Shown here: positions 1 to 13,310 of the stretch, piece by piece | How positions within the stretch are numbered: position 1 is the first letter of the stretch | Layout of the letters: every line of letters begins with the position of its first letter | Origin: Paraphysomonas bandaiensis | Lineage: Eukaryota > Protista > Chrysophyceae | Reading direction: 5' to 3' | DNA: 64,000 bases | NCBI GenBank assembly: GCA_965644295.1 | Contig: CBFFRP010000204.1 | Span: forward strand, 12,354-76,353 | Position numbers and translations under genes: made by a program | Notes under the pieces: generated by a model | Told to the model about the DNA's origin: nothing | What the model saw: only the letters and a program-made list of their open reading frames with translations | Databases searched by the model: none

Positions 1-641
1 TATTGAAGTTGAATGTCTATATTTGCCCGGTGTATCTGAAACGGCTCTTTTTTACTGTTCTTTAATGCCAAGCTATCGACTTACCTTGAATAGCTGTTGT
101 CGTCATCCGTTGGGAAATCCTATTTCGATTTCTCACATAGTCTATTGGAATTTCAGAGCTTATTTTGCTTTCTAATATAAATCTTTGTTTTTGTAGTTAC
201 GCGAATTAGTAATTCTTAAGATTAGCATCTCCAGGGCACTCATCAACCCAACCAATGGTTAGAAACCTGAATCCTAACCCTAACTAACCGAACACGAACA
301 CCGAACTCAAACCTTAACAAATAATTCCATCAATACATTGTGTATGCAGTACTTTTAAAAACTGCTGAGTTCTTTCAAACATTTCTAAGTAACAATAGTC
401 AATACCATCATACATAAGATACTTCTTCAAAATGACAACTATACAATCCCATAAAACTCTAGGGTCTATAAACAAAATCTAAGACACACCATCAGAAATA
501 ATCATCCAATTTAGGATCTATTTCACATATCGCATTCAGAACTCTAAATTAGATTTGTAGCATGTACAATAGATATGCACTAATCAGGAGACAGTTAAAA
601 CCATTGTTGGCCACTCCATCTAGTCATGCGTTTCATCCCAT

Positions 642-1974
642 CTATTTAACAGTTGAATCATAGCTACTTTTACTCTCACTGTCCTGATCTTCATCCGAAT
701 CGCTGAATAGCTTTTCAGGTATACTTGGGTCACGCCACGACAGCACACCACAAAGCGCATGCATTACTGACTTATGGTGAGAATTATCTCGCTCGGAACC
801 AAGCAAGCACAGGTCCCATACTCGTACAGAGTTGTCATGAGAAGCACTGAGAATGAAGGGTCGCGGATTCAGAGTGCCACAAACACTCTTTACAGAAGTG
901 CTGTGTCCGCAGAGATCAAAGGCAAGCTCGCCAGTTTCAATATTATACACCCGGATGCGGCCATCGCTAAGCCCCACACATAGTCCCACTGAAGGGGTGT
1001 TGAACGTGCCGACAGAGCATACTTGACAGTCAGGATCAAGTATGGTGTACATAAGGTTTCCAGATATAAGATCCGATACATGAACAGAGTGATCAAAGCT
1101 TCCTGAGGCCACTAGTGGTCGATCACGTCGTCCAACGCATACGGAAAACACAGGGCCGCTATGGCGCTGCAGTCGACGGCACACAACAAGTGTTTCCAGG
1201 TTCCACACTACCACACTCCCATCCATACATCCAGCCAGAATTACTGCCGGCCGTGTTTCATCCGCAAACGTATCCATTGCACGGTACACACATAGACAAA
1301 GCACATCGCACTCGCAATCATCCAGACTCGTAATCAGCTCACCCGTTTCCAGCAACCAGACGAAGACTTTAGACTTAGAGGCGGAGACTACCACAGGCTT
1401 CATCCCTTCGTGCACACACACAGCCCGCACAGGGCCTTCATGATGGTGTAAGCCGAGCTCGTGAATTTGCATTCCAGTTTGAAGTTCCCATACCTAATCA
1501 GACAAGCCGTTACTGTGTAATTGTCGATCATACAATCCCATTTGCCTTGACTAAACCGTCATGAGACCCGGACACGACCACCGGCAGTGTGAGCGACTCA
1601 TCCATAGGCTGAGATATAGCAACGGAGTAAACAACAGACGTGTGACCATCAATTGTAAAGAGCTTCTTGCCTAGCTCAATGTCGAATATTACCAATGAAG
1701 GTCCGCTGCTGCCAGACACTGCGACCATCCTCATCCTCAAGTCATCGTCGTATTGAGTTCGCAGTAAAATTGGAGTATAATCTGCACAAACACTAACAGA
1801 ATTAATCCAAGATCTGTGATAGGACAATGTGCGGCAAGGGAGGTGGTAACGGTCAGGAATAGTTACTCGAGTTATTTTAGCCAAGCGAGATTTGTGGACA
1901 AGTTTTTGGACATCCGTAACAACTTGCTCCCTTGAAAAATCCGCATGTTTGCGGCGACGCTGAGCACGCATCAT
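642..1974 (-). CDS. WD40 repeat (beta-propeller) protein, 2 exons
   Basis: GH...WD-type repeats (GHTSVVYSVA, RHSGPVFSV, GHSTSVKSV...SASHDNSVRVWD). ORFs 1528-1974 and 642-1472 join through a 52-nt GC-AG intron (1545->1494), giving SGSHDGLVK|VWELQTG. Confidence 0.9.
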
Positions 1975-2283
1975 TAGAGCGAGCGAATGATGCTACAATA
2001 TTATGATGAGAGGGTCGCATCACGTGAACATAACGCACTCTCAGAGATGAGCCGCAGTAGGAATATGTGTATACTGTAAGGTATACCTGGTATACCTGTG
2101 CAGCGTGCAGCAGTATGATGATGAAATACTCTGTACAGCAGCTGTATCTGGGGATTATACGTATAGCATGGTATACAGTATCATATACTGTACCATGTAG
2201 CTACGTGCCTACATCAGCTCTCTTCTCCTTCACCGCACCCGACACAGACACTCCTACTTCTATTGGTGTCGCTGGTGTCAGCT

Positions 2284-5071
2284 ATGAGAGTTGTGTCATG
2301 TGCTTTAGTTCTGTTTTTATCGCACTGTCTCTCTGTTGAGCATTCAGATGGATCGCATCATCAGCCCTCAGAGGAAGAGCTCTGGCGTGTAATTGAAGAT
2401 GATGACAGTCATTTTCCAGCCACAGCCCTCGCAATCCGAACCCTTCAACACCTTCTATCTACATCTCATAGCACGAGAGGACAAGATGACAAGTATCGAT
2501 TCGACAAAGCGATGAAACACTTCACTCTTCAGGTGAAAGCTGAGTTGAAGAAAGGGGAAGAGTTCATTGAGAAGGGATTGCTCGCTAATGCCTCCGACAC
2601 TTATTATCATTTACTCCAGCATGCTGGAGAGTTGATGGATGACGCATCTGTGCGTATGTGCAACGCTCGACTTGGTCATGCTCTGTTCCGACAGGCGCTC
2701 GTAGGCAATGTATCGTGGCAAGTGCTTGATGATCACTACTCGAATATGTCGTCTACAACTGGTTTGGGGAATTTAAATAGCATCGAGTATTCGTTGAGCA
2801 TGGCTCACGCCAATGTAGTTAACAAGGCTGTGGAGGAGTCTGGAATAGATCCAATAATGGTGATGCAACCTGTACCCTATGTCCTGAGGTTTTCAATGCC
2901 GCAATATGCACAGACGCCCTCTATTGGCCATTTCGGGCATGTAAGCACAGTCCAATGCAATATTAAAATATTAAAATATTTTGTACACGTAGGCAGTGCT
3001 TGACGGTCTTTGGCCTTTTGCTCGTGCCTATGCGTTAGGGTCATTTCAACGGTGCCGTGAAGGCGCCAGTATATACGTTTTAGACATCGGGCTCTACATC
3101 CTTCCACTTCTGCGGACAGTGTTCCCATCAATTGACTTCCACCCCTTCCACTCCCTCAGTTCTCTGCCATTGAAGTATGAAACTGTTGACCTTCACGGCC
3201 CGGGTATGGTGAGATTCCAAGAACTACCTGATATTACAGACGACAATCCTTTCCATTATGCACCTGTTGTACGTAAGGTAGTCTTCGATCAGTTAGGATT
3301 GAAGCCACAAGGACAGTGTGTAGTTCTTCTATCAAGATCCGTTTCTTCAGCACATCTTGCATCTTTTCACGCGAAACATCGTTTAGACATGAGCCGCGAG
3401 GCTCCTGGTTTGCGGCAGTTTCATTGGACAGGGGACGCAGTATACACTGCGATGCACTATAGCCCAACCACTGCGCAGGAACGACGCGCTATTTCTAATG
3501 AACAGTCCCTATTCCGTCATATAGTGAGGATTTTTAATAGAAAATTTGGAGCTTGCGTTCAACTCGTGCAACTCGACAAGCTCTCAGTGCGTGACCAAGT
3601 AGAAGTGTTTGCCAAGGCCCGCATGGTAGTTGCGCAACATGGTGCGGGTTTGTCTCTGGCACCCTTCATGCCCAGCGATGGGGTAGTGTTGGAACTGGTT
3701 CCACACATAAACCCAAACTTTCAGCTGGCATGTGTAGCAGCCGGTGTAAAACATGTATTTGTTGATTTACAGGAGTATCGGGAGATATACAGTGCCGGCG
3801 ACGGACGATTCATCGAAGTTTCGGAGAAAGGGCTATTACGATTGATGGCCCAACACTTGCAGGGGTGGACACCGCCCATTCTGGGAAAAGTATACAATGG
3901 TACAGCAGAACCCTCTTTGGAGACATCCTCTGTGCCTTCTGCTGGATTTTCTTCCACAGTGACATGCTCTGCATCAGAAGCACCAACATCATTGCTGGTT
4001 ATTCCAGAGGTTGCTTACATTGAAATCATGCTAAAGAAGCATATTCCCTTCCTATGGGTTGACAGCGGGTTTGAAGGAATCTCTGAGGAGGATGGCGGTA
4101 GCAACCCGTGGGCTCGGCGAGGGCGCACGGAGTGGGAAGCCTCTATGCGACGCGTGGTATACGACCAGGGAATTGACGTTCCGCAGAAGATCATGGCATC
4201 CCCGACTAATGTGTTTGACTTCTACGATACATTTGTGTATGATGTAATAAATCTAAATCCTGGTGAATATTCTCCGGCTATCGCAGTGAACAAGGAGAGT
4301 TTAGACGATTATTCCCGCAGATATGGACCATTTTCTAAACACTCTCTGGCGTTTGTACATTTCGGGAACAGAACTGTTGTATCAGGTATTCCTAGTTTCC
4401 AAGCCGTGCAGCGTCAGGTGCAAGGCCCGCCTAATGTACCGTACATCGGATTTCGTCTTATGGACCACAGCGTGAACCTAAGGCACAAACAACCAATAGT
4501 AGCCAGTGGGGAGTCATACTATATGCGCATTAGCGCGGACGAGGGAACCCCTTTCTACGATCTTTATGCCCCCTTCATAATGCCTGCTGCTTTTAACAAA
4601 TATCGCAGCTTTGACTTTAGTGGCGAAATAGCACACACTCCCGGAGGATATGCGGATCCTACCTACAAACCTGGAAAATACTCGTACGGTAGCCCCCGTC
4701 GGAGGCATAACATAGTTAGCAATGTGAACAGGGTGAGTGTATTTTTCTCTGAGAAACATGCATTCACAAACCTACACTACGATCAAGTTGGAGAGGGGGC
4801 TGTAGTATGTCAACTTAAGGGATCTAAGCGAGTCCAACTCTGGCCACCCGGCAATGAAAATATGAATGTTTTCGTGCCTAAGAGCCACCCACACTCTAGA
4901 CGTAGCGCATTTAATGGTCGCAACCCGCAGGCTTCCTCACACCTTCTGGCGATGCGAAAGGCTTACGATCTGACGGTAGAAGAAGGTATGTGTGTGTACA
5001 TTCCGGCGATGTGGTGGCATTGTGTGGAGAGTTTGGACAATGATACGATATCAGTTAGATTTTCGATATAG
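2284..5071 (+). CDS. Secreted glycosyltransferase family 61 domain + JmjC (cupin_8) hydroxylase fusion protein
   Basis: Signal peptide MRVVSCALVLFLSHCLS. Intron 2941-2992 (GTAAGC...TAG) joins HFGH|AVLDGLWP. GT61 motif QVEVFAKARMVVAQHGAGLS. JmjC motifs TNLHYD, GSKRVQLWPP and YIPAMWWHCVES. Confidence 0.8.
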
Positions 5072-6087
5072 AATCGTACATATATTTCACTCAGCCGCAT
5101 TGAAGTGTTACTTATTATCGTACTGAACTTTAGCGGAATCGCAATGTATCATTTTTTCTTTTTTGTACTGCTGGTGTGTTGTTACTGTCTGTAAGTTTCG
5201 TATTTATACGTAATCGTTTCAAAAACTGATATGATGACGTACTACTTCTGAGATATATGTTGACACTATTGAGCTTGAAGCAATACGAAGCCTTCATTGT
5301 AATTAATATTACTTGCGCTGTTATATCTATATTCTATATATCTCTCTCTATATAAAAGTATTTGTAATGTCTTGATATTATTGAGATGGCTTAACTAGCT
5401 CTACGAGTCCATGTAGTTCATCGTAAAGAAGGCAACACCAGTTCTGGTATGAACTGTGAAGTATAGAAGGGTACACACTTGTGTGAGAGCGCTTTAGCAT
5501 ACTCTCCTTGTCTTTTAATGGTCTCACGGAAGGAAAAAAGAGAATTCCGTAGAAATATGGGATTTCATGTTGTAATTGTTCGAATTGGACATTTCACTGA
5601 AGTTAACTTTGTTCTACACGTAAACCTTAACCTTGCTCTGTTGAACACAACGCACTTTCAAGTAAGAAGTTATAATTATTATTCTGAACACTTCACTACA
5701 TATTCGTGTAACATATGTTGAAACATTTGTTCTTAGCAACATCTGTTTATCATATGTTCATCAGTCAGTTCTATATCTTGTATAGTCACACATCAGTAAC
5801 TGAATTTAATTCCTTTGTAACTATAATCACCCGTTACACCTATGAGTTGACTTTACCTATTGCAACACTGTTAACTCACTTCAATTGCACAATATATATC
5901 ACATCATATTGCAGAACTCAACACTCCCACTTAATTGGATGTAGTTAACCATTCTAAAATTTGTGAAGAACATTGCTATCGGATACGCAACCACCGAACC
6001 TCCTAGGACACTGGTGGACGTATGACTCCGCTGGTATAGCTAGCTCCCACCATTCATTCACCTCTAACTAGTTACGACAAACTCTCT

Positions 6088-8525
6088 TTACCTTGGGTAC
6101 CTCTGCGATAATTTGTGCAGTAGTCTTAAATTTTTCCCCAAGATTTCGCTCCCTCTGCTCAATGAATATTGGACCACACAAAGCCTTGGTATATATGTAT
6201 ATATATCAGCCATCTGTTGTCGACTGCTCACATAAATTAATTTCGCTGTATTATTAAACTGTTCGGGATCCACATGCTCTCTAATCATATGATACTTAAT
6301 CTCAATATGTTTCGATCGTTGATGTTGCACTGGATTTTCCGATATATCCTGAGCACTTTGACTCAAGGAATAATGGTGTGGGCTCGTCAATTTTCAACCC
6401 TACTTCTCCAGTCACCCCCCGAGACCATATCATTTCCTGTAATCCATTATATAAGCATTGATACTCTGCTTGCATAGTCGATGTAGCTACAGTAGACTGA
6501 AGTTTGGAACCCCACGATAGTGGTCCACCAGCTCCAAACATAACATAACCTGAAGTTGATCTCCTCGTCAACGGGTCACCCGCCCAGTCAGCATCCGTGA
6601 ACATATGAAGATCAAAATCTTTCCCTCTATATTGAATGCCTTTTTCCGTAGTACCTCGTACATACTGCATTAAATGTATCATTAGTTTACATACAGTGAT
6701 ATTCACTTTCGTTGAGAATCGTGACAAATTATACTCCCACTGCATATGATATATCCGGCCTTGTATTCATAGATAAATAGAGTAACGCTCCTATTAGTGG
6801 ACGATAGGGAAAATTGTAAACTAATTCCTGCTCTTCAGTCGAATGCACATGTTCCACTCCCACTTTGATCCTATCCATGACATCACTAGGTAGTGGGTAT
6901 CGCCGAGTCTTGTCCCTTGGACCCAGAAAATCCACATACGTCGCCAATATCTTTTTGATGTGTGCACTGTCTGGTCAAGTTTGAGACAATTCGGAGTTTC
7001 GTCACTCTCACGTACAAAAACTGGCCAATCTCATTCATATCTGTAACATCGAACCTTTCACATACTCGTCGCTTAATTTCCAAAATAATACTCGTATCTC
7101 GACATGCTATCAGCATATCATCTACATATATTACTAACAGAACGAATTCACCCCTGATCCGTGTAAAATATAAACATGGGTTAAGTATACATGATATAAA
7201 ATGCAAGGACTTAATAAACTTATTAAGACATTTATACCATGACCGTGGTGAGCTTCGAAGACCATATAAACTTTTCTTCAGTTTAAAGCAGTGTCCTGGT
7301 GGTAATTTAAAATCTGGTGTAGCATACATATACACATCTCCTTGTATATATCTGCATACAAAAATGCATTAGATACGTCGAGTTGATGCACCACCATATT
7401 CATAACAAAAGCGATAGCTAAAAGCAATCTCACTGTTACCGCTTTTACCACTGGAGCATAATTGTTGGCTCTAACACCTTCATGGTCTCCGCATCCAAGT
7501 ACCACAAGTCTTGCCTTATATCGTTGAATCGCACCCTCTTTGTTGCGTTTCAAGGCGAAAACATACTTAGATTTCAATGGAGTGGCACCGGTAGGGGTAG
7601 GCTTTTAAATTCCATGACTCCCCTACACGTTCTAAACCGTCACGTTCAGCTTGTCTTGCTGAACTCCATTGCTTCCGTTCCGGCAACTCCAAGGATTCGG
7701 AATATGTCTGAGGCACCTTAGGTCCCGCTGACGAGCACCAGATGGAATCTGCCTCCTGTAATAGGCTGCGCTCGTCTTCGACACATGACGACAATAAATG
7801 CATCTCACCCAAAACTGACACATTCGTCACCACCCTTGGAGCCCTTGCACGCCTGCCCCTTGATGAGCGATCTGGTGGAGCTTCCTCTCCCGGAGCACTT
7901 ACGAAGTCAGAATGGGATGGAACCGTCCCAGTCAACTGCTGTAATAAATGTCCGCTGGTCCCGTCTTCACGAGATCCAGAACTTGCAGATACTCTTGTTG
8001 CAAGGTCTTCACTCATCCGCTGTATATCGGCGATGTGAATAGGAGTCTTATCTTCCACTTGCTCCGCACCACCAGACAATAGGGATCTATACCCAACAAT
8101 CAAACCATTTCGAACCAATATTCGTGTGGTCTTGTATAGGTGGCCGCCATCTTCATGGGTCTTTCCGATTAAGTAATCGAAGTCTCTAATATTTCTTTCC
8201 TGAGGATCCACAGCAACCATGGCCTCGTCCATTTCTCGATAATAATCCGCCGATCTCTCAGGCACAGATTCATCGAATAAAACATGCACAGACGTAACTA
8301 TAGTATATCTCCAATCAATACTTGGTATCCCATTTGCTCCTCTGGGAACCCTACAAAGAATCCAGTCTGTGCTTTTTCTTCCCAGTCTTTCCTGCGATCT
8401 GCTTTCGGGATGAGAACGTACGCCTTGCACCCCTATTTCCGAAACCAAGAGAAATCTGGTACCTTTCCTCCAGGAACACACTCGTAGGGTGACATCCACC
8501 CTCTATAGGTCTTTGTGGGTAATCT
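6088..8525 (-). mobile_element. Ty1/Copia LTR-retrotransposon pol remnant (integrase C-terminus, RT, RNase H), frameshifted
   Basis: YKARLV, QLDVSNAFL, LKKSLYGLR, YVDDMLI, TRPDISYAV, FTDADWAGD..TRRSTSG and HQRSKHIEIKYH are spread over several frames. Confidence 0.93.
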
Positions 8526-8961
8526 CCTAGGTCGCCTAAAACATGTCTCAGTTAACATCTATTGACGAAGGTAATAAAGCTCAACTTACGCAGAGGAGTT
8601 TTACTGCTGAAATGTATAAGTTTCTCATGCGTGTGCTTTGAAGAAGTTTCTTCGTTTGTTGGAGGAAGATTTTACTCCCTTGCCTGACGATCCTGCCGAG
8701 TATTCGATTATGGAAGACCGCAGTCCTGATCCCTTATATCGGACATTGAATGCTCTTACTTGTCCAGATACACTGGATGAAATGATTCAAATCGTTACTA
8801 ATATTCGCCGCAAGAGAATGGATATTTTAAACGAGCAGCAGCATGTGGCGGCTCGAACAGCCGAACTGGAGACTTCACGGAATCATGACCATCTCACTGA
8901 AACCAATTCATTTCCGTCGGCTGATTTAACACTTCTTCCTGCATCGTCTGTTTTTACTTAG

Positions 8962-9465
8962 TGTAGCAAAATTGGGTATGACAAGTATGGGTGATTTAGG
9001 AGGTTGTTATGTCTGAAGAGTAAGATGAAGTGATGTAGGTTGTAGTATGAGATGAGATGTAGATGGTAGATAAGATTAGATTAGAAGATACGAGTATTAA
9101 GGCCAGATATAGGGTTGGAGTGTACCGTGACTATCCGTATATACGGATGTAACGGACGTTTATGGTAACCCGTACAGTGTTATGATGGTATACGTAGGTA
9201 TTCTGTAGGATGATATAGGAGTAGATAGCAGGATGTTAAGGGATTTCTATATGATTATTTCTGGAAGTAGAAAACTAGCTATTTATGGCTGGGAAACCAC
9301 TTCTAGAATTAACTATATGGGAATATAGGTAGAAGGATATGGAGTTTTAGATATAATAGTGAAAGTTGATATCGTAGTTGAGTTGAAAGTTAAGAAGTAG
9401 CGAAGTAAAGAGTAAGAAGAGGAAGTTAAGTGAAGAGTGTTGTGAGAAGACTATCCTACCCTACA
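8962..9465. repeat. Putative LTR (TGTAG...CTACA), 504 bp
   Basis: 5-bp inverted termini TGTAG/CTACA, non-coding, lies between retroelement fragments. No TSD and no second copy seen. Confidence 0.4.
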
Positions 9466-9810
9466 TCACCTGTGCACATGGACAGGGATGATAAGACCAG
9501 CAATGTTAGTCATGATAGCGAGGTTCAATCACCCGTAGTCGTTACATTAGTAATATTTTTTACCATCTGTTCCTTAGTAATTTCTTAGTTTGTTCCATTT
9601 CTTACATTAACTAACATTCGATACTTAGTAACACTTACATTCGACACTTAGTAACACATTATTAAGTATTATATATAGCAGAACTCCAAAATATATCTGG
9701 ACTTCACATTACATGATGGTATTCAATTGCAGTTAAGTGCGTAAATAAGAAAAATGAATACACGACTTGTGATATAATAATTATTATACTTCAAATCTTA
9801 CATTTAATAA

Positions 9811-10445
9811 TCAAATTAGTCTGTCCGTACTCATATCGACTTCCTTTTTATCCGGACACACTTCATACGATTTGTGTTTGCATACATATCCGAAAAAATT
9901 AACTTTCTTAAAACCAAGCCAGCTCTTAGCCATTTTCAACTTGATGTTTCTCTCCAGACATCTGTCAATAACTCGTTCCAACTTATCATAAGCATCCTGG
10001 GGATCGTTGGCTAGTATTAGCATATTATCAAAGATAACGATAGCCCAGTCTGAAAAATCGGCAAATATCTCCCGAACAACCTCTTGCAGTACACCAGTAG
10101 CAGGCGCTATACCCTCTGGCATGAAATTAGGTGCAAACTGTCCCCATGGCGTTTGAATGGACAATTTTTCGGAAGTTTCCTCATCTAAAGGTATTTGATG
10201 AAACGCATTTGTAAGATCTATATCCAAATAATATGGAAAATTAATGATCTTGTCAAGTTCATGTTTGACATTGGGAATAGTGTAGTTTCCCACATGCATA
10301 TATATGATCATTTATCTTAACGTAGTCCCCAATCGAATATAAGGAGGTGTAGCCTTGGGCGCTACTACAAGACAAGAAGCCCATGGCGATCTACTCTTCC
10401 GGTAAAAATACCCACACAGACGACGAAATTCTTTCTCTGATGCTT
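9811..10445 (-). mobile_element. Ty3/Gypsy-type reverse transcriptase fragment
   Basis: SPWASCLVVAPK, YLDIDLTNAFHQIPLD, MPEGIAPA, LERNIKLKMAKS..VNFFGY. The catalytic YxDD position reads IFDN. Confidence 0.85.
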
Positions 10446-11108
10446 CCCATTATGCACAAACCAGACTTGCGGGTTTGCTCCCAACAAAATATATAATAAG
10501 GTGTGAGTAAACACTTATTATTACTGTTAAATCACCCAACACGGTCAACGATATCCGCTAGATAACGCCGCGCAGTATTCCCTCTAAGAATAAAGATCGC
10601 TGTTAAGACAGTGTCAAGTAACTTAAAACAATGACATGCAAGGAATAACATATAGAATGGTACGCATCTACAGAATGAACCAAGTTCATTTTATATCACA
10701 CACACCACACCGCATGCATTCTTGCATACACCGTGTATACCACACGTATTATGACAATAAAACAAAACTGAATAACAGCGTATGAAACTGAATAACTGCG
10801 CATAAAACTGAAACTACCTACATAGCATAAAACTGAAATAAAACCATAGTGATAAAACTGAAAAACAGCTAACTAAAATGAGTAACGTAATACCGTATTC
10901 GCTGATAGTCTACTGCTCTTATCATACTCCCTAAACTCATATAAAACTTATTGCATCTTTACTCTCTCTATATATTCCTCTTTAAGCCACACGCTTGCCA
11001 TAATAGCCACCCACTATGCCTGCTTAGCAGCATCACCATGCATAGCGTCTATAGCATGCTCTTGAATGGTCCTAACTCCTGCTCATCTCCATATCCAGAG
11101 CACCATTA

Positions 11109-11320
11109 AGTCGGAGGAAGGCGATGACCAGGTCAAATGGTCAAAACCAGGCCAAATAAGCTATTACCTAAAAAATTGTATTTTATGTGTCTAGATTCTT
11201 TCTAACATGTTTGTAGCTTGTTTCTACTGCTCAAAACATTATATTTGTTCATTATTTACAAAATAAAATTAGCGATACAAGCATTATAATTACCAAAATA
11301 TATAACTATTAACTATAATA
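11109..11320 (+). repeat. Left TIR of the long-TIR transposon
   Basis: AGTCGGAGGAAGGCGATGACCAGGTCAAATGG... matches the inverted copy at 14590-14801. Confidence 0.92.
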
Positions 11321-11440
11321 TATATTATACATATAACAATATTCAACAGTTAAATCATAATATATATATAGTTAATAAAGCGTTTGAGAATTACTCAAAC
11401 ATACGAGCAGTACAACTAATCCAGGATACAAACAACATGA

Positions 11441-13022
11441 TTACATAGGCTGATACTGTGGGGGATACTGGAGGGGATAGTTAGGTGGTTGCATGGGAGG
11501 CGTTACCACGTGTTGCTGTGGCTGCATACTCAAGATGAAAGCCTCATACGTTTGAACCTGCAGCTCAGCTTCATTCCAGCGTGAAGTACGTTTACCTTGA
11601 TTAAGAAGAGCTTGCGCTTGCATGTATTGCAAAGGAGAGGAAAGGGTAGAAGAGCAGGGCCCAAGTGTCATTTGTTGTGCCGTTGGCTGCATGTGAGGGG
11701 TGTATGTGGGTGTCACAGGTGGATACCCGCCAGTGAATTGTTGAGAAGGAGTCCCAACAACTTGAGGAGTTGGTACAGGAGTGCTAGGCGTACTTGATGA
11801 TGCGCTACGCTGCAGCAGCTGGTCCTCAAGCAACTCATACTTTCTCTTTTGCTCCTCAAGCATCCGAACAAGATCTTTTTTCAAGGGAATTTTTGACTTC
11901 TTGCTTGTTGGTAAGTCATTATCAGTCCCACCGTCTTCTACCACACTTTCGTTCTTAACCTTCTTTTGGTCGTTCTTAACAGCACCCTGCTTTGATGCTC
12001 TCGTAGCAGCTGCACGCTTCGCTTTTGCCTTGCCCCTACACTTCTTATCATTGTGGACTGCTATTAGTGTGGACACCAGTGGTTCATGCTTAGTGTTTCT
12101 TTTCGGATTACGCCTCTTGCGGACCTTTTCGTTAGTCGCTGCAAGTTGCCCTTCGACAATTGGGTCAAAGCCATCAACAATTAGGTGGCCCTGCTCATCC
12201 TTGTTTGGTCCATTCTTCGAATCCCAGAATAAAGGTGTCAAGAACTTCACTAGATGAACTCCCATTTGGTCAGAATCAACTTCTTCATCAAGCAAATAGT
12301 CCAATTCGAGTACATGCTTACTGATTCCAGTCCACAAAATAACAACTTCGCTGTCGACGTCCCAAAGCACGACGTCGTAGCGAGGCCTGGCGCTCTTTGT
12401 CCGAAGGTAGCATAAGATAACGTACTCCTTTCCAGTTTTATAGTTCCGAGTGCGGACCATAGACAGGTGAATAATCTTGGTGCTCGTATTGAAATGAGCA
12501 CCAAGGACATAATAGTTGAAGAGCGGCGGGATAGACGCCATGACTTCGGGGTTTACGAAGAGTCGAAGTGTAGCTCCATCCATCTGAAACTTCTTCCGAG
12601 CGTAGCAGTGACTCCTCCCTGAGTACTCAATCGAAAAGGAAGCTTCAGTGGTCATAAAATCGTCAAGGAATTGATGGCCCCTGGTATTGCTCCTACCTTT
12701 CTTTGCGTCTGTTTTCTTGTTTGTTTGCAATGCATATGATGAATCACAAGCTGTGAATAAAAATAAGATCATTTGTTTGATTTCACTCACTGCACGACTC
12801 ACCATCTTCTGCTGTTTCTGTTTTATCATCATCAAATTCATCAAGGAATGCTGCAGCTGCATCCATAGCACACTGGGAGCACATCGAGGAGCTTACCCCT
12901 CTATCTGATGACCTAAACGTTTTGTTGCAAGAAGTGCAACAGACAGGACCCGCCGGCATTTCCTGAGAGCCACCACTGGAGTACATATCTAGAGTGTTGG
13001 AATATGAATCCAAGTCATCCAT
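11441..13022 (-). CDS. Transposon-borne hypothetical protein (N-terminal CxxC..CxxC, basic region, coiled coil, P/Q-rich tail)
   Basis: ORF 12783-13022 splices in frame to ORF 11441-12871 through a 40-nt intron 12790->12751 (GTGAGT...TTCACAG). Motifs CTSC...CSQC and KRRNPKR. Confidence 0.7.
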
Positions 13023-13310
13023 TACTTTAACATGTATGCTGTATATATGTGTCTATATATGTGTATATGTTTATATGTTTGTAGTGTATGTGTGTGATAT
13101 CACTGAGAGGAGTGGATTTGATGACAAAACAGCAACTCAACTCAAAAAAATGATGGAAGAAATTCCGAATTCCGAATACGATCCTCTTTTTTTAGTTCAA
13201 CACTTCGACTTCACTTCACTTCGACCTCATTCATCATCATCACATGCATACATGTATACATACATATATATTCCACTCATCCATAATATATACATACATA
13301 CATAGACTGA

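Noticed and set aside
1-32. Exact inverted match to 50376-50407
   Set aside because: A short piece of a dispersed repeat cut by the window edge; not evidence of a 50-kb inverted structure.
270-290. CCTAACCCTAAC telomere-like sequence (also near 42350)
   Set aside because: Only about two units, inside transposon-end sequence.
8638-8961. 107-aa ORF next to the putative LTR
   Set aside because: No ATG start or recognisable motif; probably a retroelement fragment that cannot be classified.
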